Source: Candidatus Moraniibacteriota bacterium (lineage in GTDB: Bacteria; Patescibacteriota; Minisyncoccia; Moranbacterales; UBA2206). Taken from it: DNA of 64,000 bases. The translations under genes and the position numbers were made by a program. The stretch covers positions 39,816 to 103,815 of the forward strand of contig JAAXWW010000001.1 of the NCBI GenBank assembly GCA_013334765.1, written 5' to 3'. Position 1 is the first letter of the stretch, and the number at the start of each line of letters is the position of its first letter. The notes beneath the pieces were generated by a model, which saw nothing but the letters and a program-made list of their open reading frames with translations, made no database searches and had not been told where the DNA came from. Shown in pieces: positions 47,729 to 58,392 of this stretch.

Positions 47729-50404
47729 ATGAATCGGAAAATCACATTGATCGCTGCCGGTGTTCTCATGATCCTGGCCACCGGGATTTTCTTCATGAAA
47801 AAGGGAAATGGGAATGCGAGTTCGAATCTTGCAATCCCGCAGGAACCGCAAAGCTCTGATCCATCCGGCATCGTCGCGGGGGTGGAGGATTCTTCGCAAA
47901 ACGATCCGGTCGCTTCCGAAGGAAGCGGATCTTTGGATCCGGCAGCCCAACCCGAGCCCGACGGAGGATTCCTCGGCAAGCTGACTTCCGTTTTCGATGA
48001 GATAGCCAGCCTCAAGAAGAAGCTGGGAAAACTGGACGACAAATACGGCGACGGATACCTGGAACTCCGAAGCGATTCGATCACGAACGACAACATAAAG
48101 AAGAACGCGGTCAATTCGAGCAGCATCGAGAACAAATCGATCCGGGAGGAAGACCTGAAAGACGGAAGCATCTCCGATCCGCGACTGATTCCGGACGGCT
48201 TCATCGAATCGCTGAAAATAAAGGACGCCACCATCACCGATGCCGATATATCGCCGGACGCGCAGATCGATTCTTCAAAAATAAACCTGGGCGGATACGC
48301 GCTTGCTAACCTGCCGACCGACGAAGAAAAAGCCAAATTGGGCGAGATCGTCGATGACGCCCAGACCAGTATCGCGATCGGTGACAAGAACATCAGTCAG
48401 ATTCACAATCAAAACACGGACACGGGCACGAATTCCAATACATTCACGATCGGCAACTCCGGGCACGATCTCTCCCTGGTTTTCGGCGCTTCTTCAGAAA
48501 AACTGACCTATGACGATTCATCCGGCGCTTTTGCCCTTTCCGACAAACTAAGCCTTTCTTCTAATAAGCTGACCGATCTTGGGGTTCCGACTGCCGACAC
48601 GGACGCGGCTACTAAGGGATATGTGGACAACCAGCTTTCGACAGAAATCGGCAATCTCAAATGGAAGGATCCGGTCGGCTCGTTTTCCGACTTGTCCGAT
48701 TGCGACGACAGCCATGATGGGCAGGCCAGACTAGTGAAGGACGAAAACTGGATCTATCGCTGCGACAAGGACGATTCGGTTTGGCACAAGGTGGCCAATG
48801 TGGCGTCGGTCGATCACAATGATCTCAAAAACAGGGACGCGTCCGGTTCTCACCCGGCTTCGGCCATCAGCTTTTCCGATCATGGCACGCTCAATTCGGA
48901 CGATGTCCAGGATGCGATCAATGATCTTGACGACAATACCTTAAAGCTCAACCCGACAGGCAGCCAGACCATCGACTATGATTCGAACATATCGACGGTC
49001 ATCAAGATGTATTCCAGTCAGGCCGATGCTCCTTTCAGGATCGAAAATTCCAGCGGAAGCAGCAAATTCGCGATCACAAAGGACGGACTTGTTTCCACTC
49101 CGTCGGTCACGAATGATTCCATCGTTGACGCTTCGATCACAGGAACCAAGCTGGCTTCGAACATCTCCATAGCGACTACCGGCTCTGTTTCGGCCAGCAC
49201 CGTCGCTTCGACTATCGCGACCGGAACCAAGCCGTTCACGGTCGCTTCCGTCACCAAGGTGGACAATCTGAACGCCGACCTTATCGACGGGATGAACTCG
49301 TCGCTTGCGGGAGGAGCGAGCGTCATCCTGGCCACCGATACCAGCGGCAACCTGACCCTTGCCAATGGGAAGATTTCGGTCGAAACGATCAGGTTCGAGG
49401 CGGAAACGACCGCTCCGACCGCCGAGGAAGGGAAGGCCTACTATGATTCCAATGACAAGACTTTCAAAGTATACAATTCCCAGGGAGACGGATATATCGA
49501 TCTGGTAGCTGACCCGCACATAGCGCCGTCGCACTGTCCCGACGGGTACGTCCCTGTTCCAGGCGATGCCAGATACGGCACGGCGGGCGGATTCTGCGTC
49601 ATGAAATATGAGGCGAAATGCGCCGCCACAAGCGATGCCGCTACCGGTCTCATGACTCCGGCGACCGCCTATCAGACCTATGACAATGCCACAACCGCCT
49701 GCACCTCGGCCAACTCGAAACAGGTGGTTTCGACCGCTTCGGGCTATCCGATCGCCAATATCAATCAAACCAACGCCAAGGCCTACTGCGTTTCCTCCGG
49801 CGGCCATCTCATCACCAACAACGAATGGATGACTATCGCCAGGAATATGGAAAAACAGCCTTCCAACTGGACCGGCGCCTCGGTCGGCACCGGCGGGCTT
49901 TATCGGGGACATAGCGACAACAGTCCGGCAACCGCGCTCTCCGCCAGCACGGATGACGGAGACGGCTATTCGGGAACGGGGGATTCCGGGACATCGGAAG
50001 AACGGAGGACGATGACGCTCAGCAATGGGGAAACGGTGTGGGACATGTCGGGCGATGTCTGGGAATGGGCCAGCGATACCATCCGGCGGAAAGATCAGCC
50101 GCATTCGACGGCCGGATCGGGCAATTCTTTCGGTTGGAAGGAGTTCACCACTTTGGACGACTATGGGCAGATGAGCTACGCCAATCTCCGTCCGGGCAAC
50201 CCGGCCTGGAATTCCAGCCAGAATGCGGGTCAGATCTATACTTACAATCCGAGCGGGGATACGGGCAATACGGTCTACGCTTTCTTACGGGGCGGCGATT
50301 GGGTCTATGGGTCGAATACGGGGCTGTTCGGGCTGAATCTGGGCTATGCCCCCGCCAACACGTACAGCAGCTTCGGTTTCCGTTGCGTTTCCCCAGGGGA
50401 TTAG
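47729..50404 (+). CDS. large surface protein with fibre-like repeats and a C-terminal FGE/C-type-lectin domain; probable DGR target
   Basis: N-terminal TM; DAATKGYVD and ITxxKL-type repeats; FCVMKYEAK, HLITNNEW, WDMSGDVWEW, RGGDW...GFRC. Confidence 0.85.
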   Translation: MNRKITLIAAGVLMILATGIFFMKKGNGNASSNLAIPQEPQSSDPSGIVAGVEDSSQNDPVASEGSGSLDPAAQPEPDGGFLGKLTSVFDEIASLKKKLGKLDDKYGDGYLELRSDSITNDNIKKNAVNSSSIENKSIREEDLKDGSISDPRLIPDGFIESLKIKDATITDADISPDAQIDSSKINLGGYALANLPTDEEKAKLGEIVDDAQTSIAIGDKNISQIHNQNTDTGTNSNTFTIGNSGHDLSLVFGASSEKLTYDDSSGAFALSDKLSLSSNKLTDLGVPTADTDAATKGYVDNQLSTEIGNLKWKDPVGSFSDLSDCDDSHDGQARLVKDENWIYRCDKDDSVWHKVANVASVDHNDLKNRDASGSHPASAISFSDHGTLNSDDVQDAINDLDDNTLKLNPTGSQTIDYDSNISTVIKMYSSQADAPFRIENSSGSSKFAITKDGLVSTPSVTNDSIVDASITGTKLASNISIATTGSVSASTVASTIATGTKPFTVASVTKVDNLNADLIDGMNSSLAGGASVILATDTSGNLTLANGKISVETIRFEAETTAPTAEEGKAYYDSNDKTFKVYNSQGDGYIDLVADPHIAPSHCPDGYVPVPGDARYGTAGGFCVMKYEAKCAATSDAATGLMTPATAYQTYDNATTACTSANSKQVVSTASGYPIANINQTNAKAYCVSSGGHLITNNEWMTIARNMEKQPSNWTGASVGTGGLYRGHSDNSPATALSASTDDGDGYSGTGDSGTSEERRTMTLSNGETVWDMSGDVWEWASDTIRRKDQPHSTAGSGNSFGWKEFTTLDDYGQMSYANLRPGNPAWNSSQNAGQIYTYNPSGDTGNTVYAFLRGGDWVYGSNTGLFGLNLGYAPANTYSSFGFRCVSPGD

Positions 50405-50567
50405 GGTTTGATCAGGAATCTTGAATCTGATAATCTATAATCTTTTTTTTCGCCGAATTTTCGCAGAGAGCGGAAATTTTGCGTTTAAGTGAGGAATCTT
50501 GACATTGACATGAAACAGTAACTGCATTATTATTTTTCTATAAAACAAAAAAGAAAATCCATTTATT

Positions 50568-50849
50568 ATGCTCGACAAAAAGATTAAAGAGGCCCTCGAG
50601 CTTCTCGGAGGCAAAGCCGTAATAAAAGACTGTGAAGAATGCTATATCCTGCTCACACTGGACGAGTTCAGGAGGATGAAGCAGGAAGGCGTTTCGGGCT
50701 TGACAAAGGAGGAACTGATTGATAAGATAAACAATGACATCGCAAGCTGGAAGTTTTCCCAGGAAGAGAAGAAAGTGGAGGCATTCGACCCGGAAGCGGT
50801 GCTGGATGAAAAGGAAAACGAAGTGAAATACGAGAAGGTCAGCGACTAG
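50568..50849 (+). CDS. hypothetical protein
   Basis: 93-aa ORF with LTKEELIDKINNDIASWK. Confidence 0.7.
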   Translation: MLDKKIKEALELLGGKAVIKDCEECYILLTLDEFRRMKQEGVSGLTKEELIDKINNDIASWKFSQEEKKVEAFDPEAVLDEKENEVKYEKVSD

Positions 50850-50885
50850 TTTCGCAATATAAATATAATCAAGCTAATAAAAAAT

Positions 50886-50964
50886 CGCAGATGTGCTATG
50901 GCTGCCCTCGGCTGAATGTCGCGGGTGTGACTGGTTGTTCCGGTCAAATGCTATAGGATTTGCG
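50886..50964 (+). ncRNA. candidate structured leader of tuf
   Basis: Four nested stems, each with a G-U pair that works only on the + strand. Confidence 0.5.
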
Positions 50965-50982
50965 CATTAAGCCTAAAAAAAT

Positions 50983-52176
50983 ATGGCAGCAGAACAATTT
51001 CAAAGGACGAAGCCGCACGTCAATGTCGGAACCATCGGTCATGTCGACCACGGAAAAACCACTCTGACAGCAGCTATCCTGCACGTGCTTGCTTTCCAGG
51101 GGAAAGCTAAGGAGAAAGGAATCGATGAAATCGACAAGGCTCCTGAAGAAAGGGATCGCGGAATCACTATCGCGACCGCTCATTGCGAATACGAATCAGA
51201 CAAGCGCCACTACGCTCATGTGGACTGCCCAGGACATGCTGATTATATCAAGAACATGATTACTGGTGCGGCTCAGATGGACGGAGCGATCCTGGTTGTT
51301 GCCGCTACTGACGGCCCTATGCCTCAGACCCGCGAGCACATCCTTCTTGCCAAGCAGGTCGGAGTTCCTGAAATCGTCGTTTTCCTCAACAAAGTCGACA
51401 TGGTTGATGATCCTGAATTGGTTGACTTGGTCGAAGCTGAAGTCCGCGAACTTCTCACCAAATATGAATTCGATGGAGACAACGCCAAAGTCATCAAAGG
51501 TTCAGCTCTCAAGGCTCTTGAATCCAAATCTGCCGATGACGAGGCCGCCAAGCCTGTTCTGGATCTTATCAATGCTTTGGATGAGAAGATTCCTGAGCCG
51601 GTCCGCGAAACTGACAAGCCTTTCCTTATGCCGATCGAAGATATCTTCACGATTGAAGGAAGAGGAACAGTGGTTACCGGAAGAATCGAAAGAGGAACCA
51701 TCAATGTCAATGAGGAAGTTGAAATCGTCGGACTCAGGCCAACCCAGAAGACTGTCGTTACCGGAATCGAGATGTTCAACAAGACTCTTGACAAGGGAAC
51801 AGCTGGAGACAATGCCGGAGTGCTTATCCGCGGAATCAAGAAAGAAGACGTGGAAAGAGGACAGGTTCTGGCTAAGCCGGGCTCAATCACCCCTCACACC
51901 GAATTCGAATGCGAAGTATATATCCTAACCAAGGAGGAAGGCGGAAGGCACACTCCATTCTTCAAAGGATACAAGCCTCAATTCTATGTCAGGACGACTG
52001 ACGTTACCGGAGAAGTGATTCTGCCGGAAGGATCTGAAATGGTGATGCCTGGAGATACGGTAAGCTTCCAAGTGAAGCTCGGCTCCCCTGTCGCCATGGA
52101 AGAGGGAATGAGATTCGCTATCCGCGAAGGAGGAAGGACTGTGGGCGCTGGAGTCGCGACTAAGATCCTGAAATAA
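50983..52176 (+). CDS. tuf: elongation factor Tu
   Basis: [28 protein letters not shown]. Confidence 0.98.
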   Translation: MAAEQFQRTKPHVNVGTIGHVDHGKTTLTAAILHVLAFQGKAKEKGIDEIDKAPEERDRGITIATAHCEYESDKRHYAHVDCPGHADYIKNMITGAAQMDGAILVVAATDGPMPQTREHILLAKQVGVPEIVVFLNKVDMVDDPELVDLVEAEVRELLTKYEFDGDNAKVIKGSALKALESKSADDEAAKPVLDLINALDEKIPEPVRETDKPFLMPIEDIFTIEGRGTVVTGRIERGTINVNEEVEIVGLRPTQKTVVTGIEMFNKTLDKGTAGDNAGVLIRGIKKEDVERGQVLAKPGSITPHTEFECEVYILTKEEGGRHTPFFKGYKPQFYVRTTDVTGEVILPEGSEMVMPGDTVSFQVKLGSPVAMEEGMRFAIREGGRTVGAGVATKILK

Positions 52177-52354
52177 ATCCCAAGAATCATTAGTTTTTTC
52201 TTCGTACAGCGCTTGGTTCAGAGAGACAAAAACACCCGAAATTTGACGTAAAAAAGAATGGGTGCTACAATGTTTTTCTATGAGGCCAAGAGCTGTACTA
52301 TAGAGAAAAATTAGTATGCAATAAGGTCATTAAGGCATTTTGCAAAAAAATTAA

Positions 52355-52681
52355 ATGATCAAGAAGGAAGAAGAAGCAAAAACAAGAATAAGGATAAGGA
52401 TCAAGGCATACGACCACAAGATCATCGACCAATCCGCCCGCCAGATCGTTGAAACGGCCGAGCGCACGGGAGCGAACATCACGGGACCGGTTCCTCTTCC
52501 GACTGAAGTGAGAAGGTTCACTGTCAACAAATCCACTTTTGTTCACAAGGATTCTCGCGATCAATATGAAATGAGAGTGCACAAGAGACTCATAGATATC
52601 CTGAATCCTACTCCTAAGACGATCGAAAGCCTCACAAGCCTTGATTTGCCTGCCGGAGTCGATATAGAGATAAAGATGTGA
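52355..52681 (+). CDS. rpsJ: 30S ribosomal protein S10
   Basis: [24 protein letters not shown]. Confidence 0.97.
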   Translation: MIKKEEEAKTRIRIRIKAYDHKIIDQSARQIVETAERTGANITGPVPLPTEVRRFTVNKSTFVHKDSRDQYEMRVHKRLIDILNPTPKTIESLTSLDLPAGVDIEIKM

Positions 52682-52841
52682 TAATCTCTACGAACTACGA
52701 ATTTTTACGAATATACGAATAGAATATCAGATAGATACTAGTTAAAGTCTTCCGCTTGGCGGGAGATACTCAGCTAGCCAGTCCAGTTTGATCTGGGTTT
52801 TCGGCTGGTTGCGACGGCCGATTTTTTATTTTACTAAAGAC

Positions 52842-53402
52842 ATGAAATTTATCCTGGGAAAAAAAATAGGAATGACAACCATTTATGGCGACATGGGAGC
52901 GTTGAATGTGACGCTGGTTGAATGCGCGCCTAATAAGGTTTCCATGATCAAGACTGAAGAAAAGGACGGATATGCTGCGACTCAGCTTGAAATCGCCAAA
53001 ACCAAAAACAAAGTCATCAAGAAAGAGTTCAGGGCTGGTTCAGCCGAACTGAAGGAGGGCGATAACATAGACGTATCGATTTTTGAAATAGGAGAAGAAA
53101 TCAAAGTGAGCGGCATAACCAAGGCCAAAGGATTCCAGGGCGTAGTGAAAAGGCATGGTTTCAAAGGAGCTCCTAAGACTCACGGACACAAGCACGATCT
53201 TCGCGCTCCTGGTTCAATCGGAAGCGGGTTTCCTGAGCATGTTGTCAAAGGAAAGAGAATGGCAGGAAGAATGGGCGGCGAGAGATCCACTACTGGGAAC
53301 ATCAAGATCGTTTATATAGACAAAGAAAAGAACGTTTTGGGGCTCAAAGGCGCAGTGCCTGGAATTCCTGGAAACATAGTCGAAATAAGATCAATGGCAT
53401 AA
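52842..53402 (+). CDS. rplC: 50S ribosomal protein L3
   Basis: GKKIGMT, KGFQGVVKRHGF, KGKRMAGRMG. Confidence 0.96.
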   Translation: MKFILGKKIGMTTIYGDMGALNVTLVECAPNKVSMIKTEEKDGYAATQLEIAKTKNKVIKKEFRAGSAELKEGDNIDVSIFEIGEEIKVSGITKAKGFQGVVKRHGFKGAPKTHGHKHDLRAPGSIGSGFPEHVVKGKRMAGRMGGERSTTGNIKIVYIDKEKNVLGLKGAVPGIPGNIVEIRSMA

Positions 53403-53422
53403 AGAGAATCATAATTACCGAC

Positions 53423-54046
53423 ATGAAAATCGCAATTCAAAATCTGGAAGGAAAGCAAGTTGAGGAAATCGAAGTTTCCGAAAACGTTTTCGGCCTCAAA
53501 AGGAATGACGAGCTTGTTCACCAAGTCATGGTGGCCATATCTTCCAATAATAGGCAAGTGATCGCTGATACGAAGACAAGAGGCGAAAGGGCCGGATCTG
53601 GAATCAAGCCTTGGAAACAGAAAGGAACCGGACGCGCCAGAGTCGGATCGGTCAGGACTCCTGTTTGGAGAAAAGGAGGAGTCGTCTTCGGACCGAACAA
53701 TGACAGGAATTTCAAGAAGAAGATCAATAAGAAGATGAACCAGAAAGCTATCGCCATAGTCCTTAGCGCGAAGCTCAAGGATAGTGAGATAATCGTTGTC
53801 GATAAGTTCGAATTCAAAGATAAGAAGACCAAGGAAGTGGCCAAGACGGTTGCCAACTTGAAGATAAAAGGAAAGACCCTGATGGCATTTTCCGATAATG
53901 AAAAGGATTTGCGCTCTGCTAGCCGGAATATCGAAAAGATGGAGAACATCCTGACATCCCAGCTGAATGTCCTCGATATGCTCAGCAACAAAAACCTGCT
54001 GCTCACGAAGGAATCGATCATGTATTTGAATGAGAAATATAAGTAA
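53423..54046 (+). CDS. rplD: 50S ribosomal protein L4
   Basis: KPWKQKGTGRARVGS..PVWRKGGVVFGP. Confidence 0.96.
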   Translation: MKIAIQNLEGKQVEEIEVSENVFGLKRNDELVHQVMVAISSNNRQVIADTKTRGERAGSGIKPWKQKGTGRARVGSVRTPVWRKGGVVFGPNNDRNFKKKINKKMNQKAIAIVLSAKLKDSEIIVVDKFEFKDKKTKEVAKTVANLKIKGKTLMAFSDNEKDLRSASRNIEKMENILTSQLNVLDMLSNKNLLLTKESIMYLNEKYK

Positions 54047-54100
54047 AACCAGATCAAAAGGATGAAAAAGAACGAAAATCCGCCGGCTGGCGGAGGGAAA

Positions 54101-54385
54101 ATGAATATTTCGCACAAGATTCTCTTGGAACCTGTGATAACGGAAGCTGCGACTGTTGCTGCTGAGATGGATAAATACGTTTTCAAGGTTGCAAAGGGAT
54201 CTTCCAAGAAGGAAATAAAGACATCCATCAAGGAAGTATATGACGTGGAAGCCAAGAAAATCAATGTGGTCAACCTTCCGACGAAAGCAAGAAGCAGAGG
54301 AAGGATTCCAGGATGGAAGTCGGGATACAGGAAAGCGATAGTAACGCTTAAGAAAGGGGACAAGATAGACGTATTCGGAGAATAA
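54101..54385 (+). CDS. rplW: 50S ribosomal protein L23 (alternative start 54062)
   Basis: PVITEAA, YVFKV, RKAIVTL. Confidence 0.92.
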   Translation: MNISHKILLEPVITEAATVAAEMDKYVFKVAKGSSKKEIKTSIKEVYDVEAKKINVVNLPTKARSRGRIPGWKSGYRKAIVTLKKGDKIDVFGE

Positions 54386-54410
54386 TCAGTTCGAATTAAA
54401 GAAATAAGCA

Positions 54411-54473
54411 CCCACCTTCGCTAAGGCTACGGTCATACGCCGCCAAAGGCTATGCTGACGGAGCGCGGGCAAG
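54411..54473. repeat. CCTTCGCTAAGGCTACGG-type palindromic repeat between rplW and rplB
   Basis: CCCACCTTCGCTAAGGCTACGG...GCGGGCAAG. Confidence 0.5.
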
Positions 54474-54481
54474 TAAGAAAG

Positions 54482-55315
54482 ATGGCGATCAAAGTATATA
54501 AAAGGAATACCGCAGGAAGGAGAAACATGTCGGTCGTGAAGTCCGACACGGTGACCAATAAGAAACCAGAGAAATCTTTGGTTGAGGGTCAATCCAGAAA
54601 AGCGGGGAGATCTGGCGGAAAGATTTCTGTGCGCCACCAAGGAGGCGGCCACAAGCAGAAATACCGTATCGTTGATTTCCATCAGGAGAAGATCGGAATT
54701 CCGGGACGCATTTCGGCTATCGAAAAAGACCCTAACAGAAGCGCCTTCATCGCTCTTGTCGTGTATGCTGACGGAGAAAAGGGATACGTATTGGCAAGCG
54801 ATGGAATGAGGACAGGAGAAACGATAATTGCCGGTCCTGACGCTCCAGTGAAGAACGGCAACAGGACGATGGTTAAGAATATCCCGACAGGAACTGTCAT
54901 TTCAAATATAGAATTGTTCCCAGGACATGGCGGACAGATCGTGAGAAGCGCCGGATCCGGTGCTATGCTCACCGCAGTTGATGAGAAAAACGCCCAAGTG
55001 AAACTGCCATCAGGAGAAATAAGAATGATCAGCAATACCTGCTATGCGACAGTAGGGCAGATGAGCAATTTTGAACACAGCGCCGTGACTATCGGAAAAG
55101 CCGGAAGAAGCAGATGGATGAACAAACGTCCGACTGTTCGCGGAAGCGCGATGAATCCGGTTGACCATCCGCATGGAGGAGGAGAAGGACGCCAGGGAAT
55201 CGGTCTCAAACATCCGAAGACTCCTTGGGGCAAGCCGGCTCTCGGAAAGAAGACAAGAAAGAAAGCGAAATATAGCAACAAGTTCATAATCAAGAGGAGA
55301 ACTAAAAGGAAGTAG
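54482..55315 (+). CDS. rplB: 50S ribosomal protein L2
   Basis: [32 protein letters not shown]. Confidence 0.97.
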   Translation: MAIKVYKRNTAGRRNMSVVKSDTVTNKKPEKSLVEGQSRKAGRSGGKISVRHQGGGHKQKYRIVDFHQEKIGIPGRISAIEKDPNRSAFIALVVYADGEKGYVLASDGMRTGETIIAGPDAPVKNGNRTMVKNIPTGTVISNIELFPGHGGQIVRSAGSGAMLTAVDEKNAQVKLPSGEIRMISNTCYATVGQMSNFEHSAVTIGKAGRSRWMNKRPTVRGSAMNPVDHPHGGGEGRQGIGLKHPKTPWGKPALGKKTRKKAKYSNKFIIKRRTKRK

Positions 55316-55324
55316 TATATAAAT

Positions 55325-55666
55325 ATGACAAGAAGTTTGAAAAAAGGTCCTTATGTGGACGAAAGACTGCTCAAGAAAATAGGGAATCTGAAAGCTGGAG
55401 ACAGGAAGGTTATCAATATCTGGGCTCGCGCTTCAGTGATTTCTCCAGAAATGATAGGATTCACTTTCGGAGTGCATAACGGAAAGATATTCATACCCGT
55501 TTTCGTTACTGAAGAGATGGTAGGACATAGGTTCGGAGAGTTCTCTGCTACGAGGAAGTTCACAAGGCACGGAGGAAAGATGCAGAAAGAAATGGAAGCA
55601 TCAGCCAAGCAGAAAGAGGCAGAAGCCGCTAAAGCTGCAAAAGCCTCTCCTCAAAAGAAGAAATAA
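55325..55666 (+). CDS. rpsS: 30S ribosomal protein S19
   Basis: [24 protein letters not shown]. Confidence 0.96.
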   Translation: MTRSLKKGPYVDERLLKKIGNLKAGDRKVINIWARASVISPEMIGFTFGVHNGKIFIPVFVTEEMVGHRFGEFSATRKFTRHGGKMQKEMEASAKQKEAEAAKAAKASPQKKK

Positions 55667-55701
55667 TATCCGTTTTTAGAAGATTCATAAGATCAATCAA
55701 G

Positions 55702-56271
55702 ATGAAAGTATCGGCTAAACTGAACAATATAAGAATAGCTCCCAGAAAGACTAAGCTGGTGGCGGATCTGATCAGGGGATTGGATGCTTCGAAAGCTCTC
55801 GAGCAGCTCGGCGCTACCATAAAGCGCACAAGCCCTGAGATGAAGAAGCTGCTGGATAGCGCTTTGGCTAATGCTGAAAACAATTTCGGTCTTGCCCGCG
55901 ACAATATGTATGTCTATGATGTCGTGATCGGAGCTGGTCCGACACTCAAGAGGTGGATGCCGAAGGCTTTCGGACGCGCTGGGAAGATCATGAAAAGGAC
56001 ATCCAAGATAGAGATCATCCTGGAAGAGAGAGTCGAAGGAAAAGACAGAAAGAGCAAGGAAGAAATGGAAAAGGAAAAAGCAGCCCGCGCCAAGGCGAAG
56101 GAAAAGGAAGAGAAGGCGAGGAAGAAGGAAATGGAAGCTGCCCAGAAGGAAGAGAAAGCTGAGAAAGTCATTGAAAAAAGCGATAAGAGTTCCAAGATAG
56201 AAGAGAAAGGCAATAAGGAAGTGAAGGAAAAGGCCTGGTCGAACAGGATATTCAGAAGGAAGTCGATGTAG
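55702..56271 (+). CDS. rplV: 50S ribosomal protein L22 with Lys/Glu-rich C-terminal extension
   Basis: RIAPRK, SALANAENN, GPTLKR..PKAFGRA. Confidence 0.95.
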   Translation: MKVSAKLNNIRIAPRKTKLVADLIRGLDASKALEQLGATIKRTSPEMKKLLDSALANAENNFGLARDNMYVYDVVIGAGPTLKRWMPKAFGRAGKIMKRTSKIEIILEERVEGKDRKSKEEMEKEKAARAKAKEKEEKARKKEMEAAQKEEKAEKVIEKSDKSSKIEEKGNKEVKEKAWSNRIFRRKSM

Positions 56272-56317
56272 GGTATTTAAAAAATAATGATAAGTCGGGA
56301 ATTAGCTAAAATTATTT

Positions 56318-56965
56318 ATGGGACATAAAGTAAACCCAGTTGGATTCAGGATCGGAATAACGCAGACCTGGAAATCCAAATGGTTCGGAAAAAAAGAATA
56401 CAAGGACAACCTGAAGCAGGATATCGGAATCAGGACGGAAGTGATGAAGAAATGGAAAGCTGCTTTTATCGCCGATGTCGAGATCGAAAGATCCCAGGCT
56501 GCAATCAGGATTATCATAAGGACAGCCAGGCCGGGCGTGCTTATCGGACGCGGCGGCAGCGGAGTGGAAGATATCAAGAAGCATATCATGGATAATTTCT
56601 TCCGCGGCAAGAGGGTCAACCTGCGCATCGATATCCAGGAAGTCAAGAGCATGGAGGAAAGCGCGATGATCATGGCTCAGAATGTCACGGAGCAGATTGA
56701 GAAAAGGATGCCATTCAGGAGAATATTGAAATCCACCATAGAGCAGGCGATGAAGAACGGCCTCATCAAAGGAGTGAAAGTGGAAATGTCAGGACGCCTC
56801 GGAGGAGCTGAAATGTCCAGGCGCGAATGGCTTTCGAAAGGAACGCTTCCGCTTCACACTCTTCGCGCCAATATCGATTTCGCCAAGGCGACTGCCAACA
56901 CTACATACGGAGCGATAGGAGTCAAAGTGTGGCTGTATAAGGGAGATGTTTTCGAGAAAAAATAG
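56318..56965 (+). CDS. rpsC: 30S ribosomal protein S3
   Basis: MGHKVNPVGFR, RPGVLIGRGG, GRLGGAEM, PLHTLRA. Confidence 0.97.
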   Translation: MGHKVNPVGFRIGITQTWKSKWFGKKEYKDNLKQDIGIRTEVMKKWKAAFIADVEIERSQAAIRIIIRTARPGVLIGRGGSGVEDIKKHIMDNFFRGKRVNLRIDIQEVKSMEESAMIMAQNVTEQIEKRMPFRRILKSTIEQAMKNGLIKGVKVEMSGRLGGAEMSRREWLSKGTLPLHTLRANIDFAKATANTTYGAIGVKVWLYKGDVFEKK

Positions 56966-57063
56966 GAGTATTTTTTATAAAAACAGTAGTAAAGATTAAG
57001 TCTCATCTGTGAATTGTTGCGGGTTGCAATCAAGCTCTCGCCCTTCTTACGGACAAAACCGGC

Positions 57064-57477
57064 ATGTTGATGCCCAAGAAAGTAAAACATAGAAAGATTC
57101 AAAGAGGCGGAGCTATCCGTGGTGTTTCGAAGCGGGGAACTGAAATCAGTTTCGGAAGCTTTGCTCTCAAGTCAGTCGAATCCAATCTTATTTCCGCTCG
57201 TCAGATCGAATCTGCTCGTCGCGCGATGACCAGATACATCCAAAGAGGCGGAAAGATCTGGATCAGGATTTTCCCGGACAAGCCGATGACCAAGAAAGGC
57301 GATGAAACTCCGATGGGTAAAGGAAAAGGATCAGTCGATCATTTCGTAGCTGTTGTGAAGCCAGGAAAAATCCTTTTTGAGATGGATGGAGTCAAGAGAG
57401 AAATAGCCAAAGAAGCCATGAGGCTTGCATCGTATAAACTGAACGTGAAGACTAAATTCGTAGCCAAAGAAGACTAG
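57064..57477 (+). CDS. rplP: 50S ribosomal protein L16
   Basis: [32 protein letters not shown]. Confidence 0.97.
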   Translation: MLMPKKVKHRKIQRGGAIRGVSKRGTEISFGSFALKSVESNLISARQIESARRAMTRYIQRGGKIWIRIFPDKPMTKKGDETPMGKGKGSVDHFVAVVKPGKILFEMDGVKREIAKEAMRLASYKLNVKTKFVAKED

Positions 57478-57501
57478 TTTTATAAGCACAAGAAAGAAGA
57501 T

Positions 57502-57684
57502 ATGAAAATCAGCGAAATTAGAGAAAAGAATAAAGAAGAGCTCAAGAAGATTCTTGTTGAGAAGCAAGGGCTGACTCGCAAGCTGAGGTTCGATTTGGCG
57601 ACCAAACAGGTGAAGAACACGAAAGAGCTCCGAACCGCGAAGAGAGACATCGCGAAAATACTAACCAAGCTGGCGAAGAAATAA
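57502..57684 (+). CDS. rpmC: 50S ribosomal protein L29
   Basis: LRF...KRDIAKILT; operon position. Confidence 0.9.
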   Translation: MKISEIREKNKEELKKILVEKQGLTRKLRFDLATKQVKNTKELRTAKRDIAKILTKLAKK

Positions 57685-57701
57685 TTAAATCATTGAAATC
57701 A

Positions 57702-57947
57702 ATGGAGAATAAGGATAAAAATAAGATAGCTGCAAAGAGAAAAGGGATTGTCGTAAGTGACAAGATGGACAAGACTATCGTCGTTGCGATAGACACCCTG
57801 AAGACGCACTCCAAATACAAGAAGAAATACAAATCCACCAAGAAATACAAGGTGCATGACGAGAGCAACAAATATAAGGAAGGCGATAAGGTGGAGTTCG
57901 TTTCCTCGAAGCCGTTCAGTGGAGGTAAGAAATTCATAGCAGTGTAA
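57702..57947 (+). CDS. rpsQ: 30S ribosomal protein S17
   Basis: GIVVSDKMDKTIVV, KVHDE, GDKV. Confidence 0.95.
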   Translation: MENKDKNKIAAKRKGIVVSDKMDKTIVVAIDTLKTHSKYKKKYKSTKKYKVHDESNKYKEGDKVEFVSSKPFSGGKKFIAV

Positions 57948-57981
57948 ATGACCCGCATATAAATGCGATTCACGAATCATT

Positions 57982-58347
57982 ATGATACAAGCAGAATCAA
58001 AATTGAAAGTTGCCGATAACTCAGGAGCGAAAATGATCAAGTGCTTCAAGGTTCTTGGCGGAACAAGAAGGCGTTTCGCTCAGATAGGCGATATAATAGT
58101 CGCGTCAGTCAAGACTGCCGAACCTCGCGGAATAGTGAAGAAAGGCGACAAAGTGAGGGCTGTCATAGTGAGGCAGAGAAAGGAATTCAGAAGGAAGGAC
58201 GGTTCATATATACGTTTCGACGAGAATGCCGCTGTCATCCTGGATGGCAAGGAGCCTAAGGGAACCAGGATTTTCGGTCCGGTCGCAAGGGAGATCCGCG
58301 ACAAGGGATACAACAAGATAGTTTCTCTCGCCCCGGAAGTATTGTAA
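57982..58347 (+). CDS. rplN: 50S ribosomal protein L14
   Basis: [30 protein letters not shown]. Confidence 0.98.
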   Translation: MIQAESKLKVADNSGAKMIKCFKVLGGTRRRFAQIGDIIVASVKTAEPRGIVKKGDKVRAVIVRQRKEFRRKDGSYIRFDENAAVILDGKEPKGTRIFGPVAREIRDKGYNKIVSLAPEVL

Positions 58348-58392
58348 GGAAACAAGGTTTATAACATATAACACGAATCGTAATAACAAGGT

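Noticed and set aside
48941-50104. 387-aa minus-strand ORF
   Set aside because: Antisense shadow of the GC-rich surface-protein gene.
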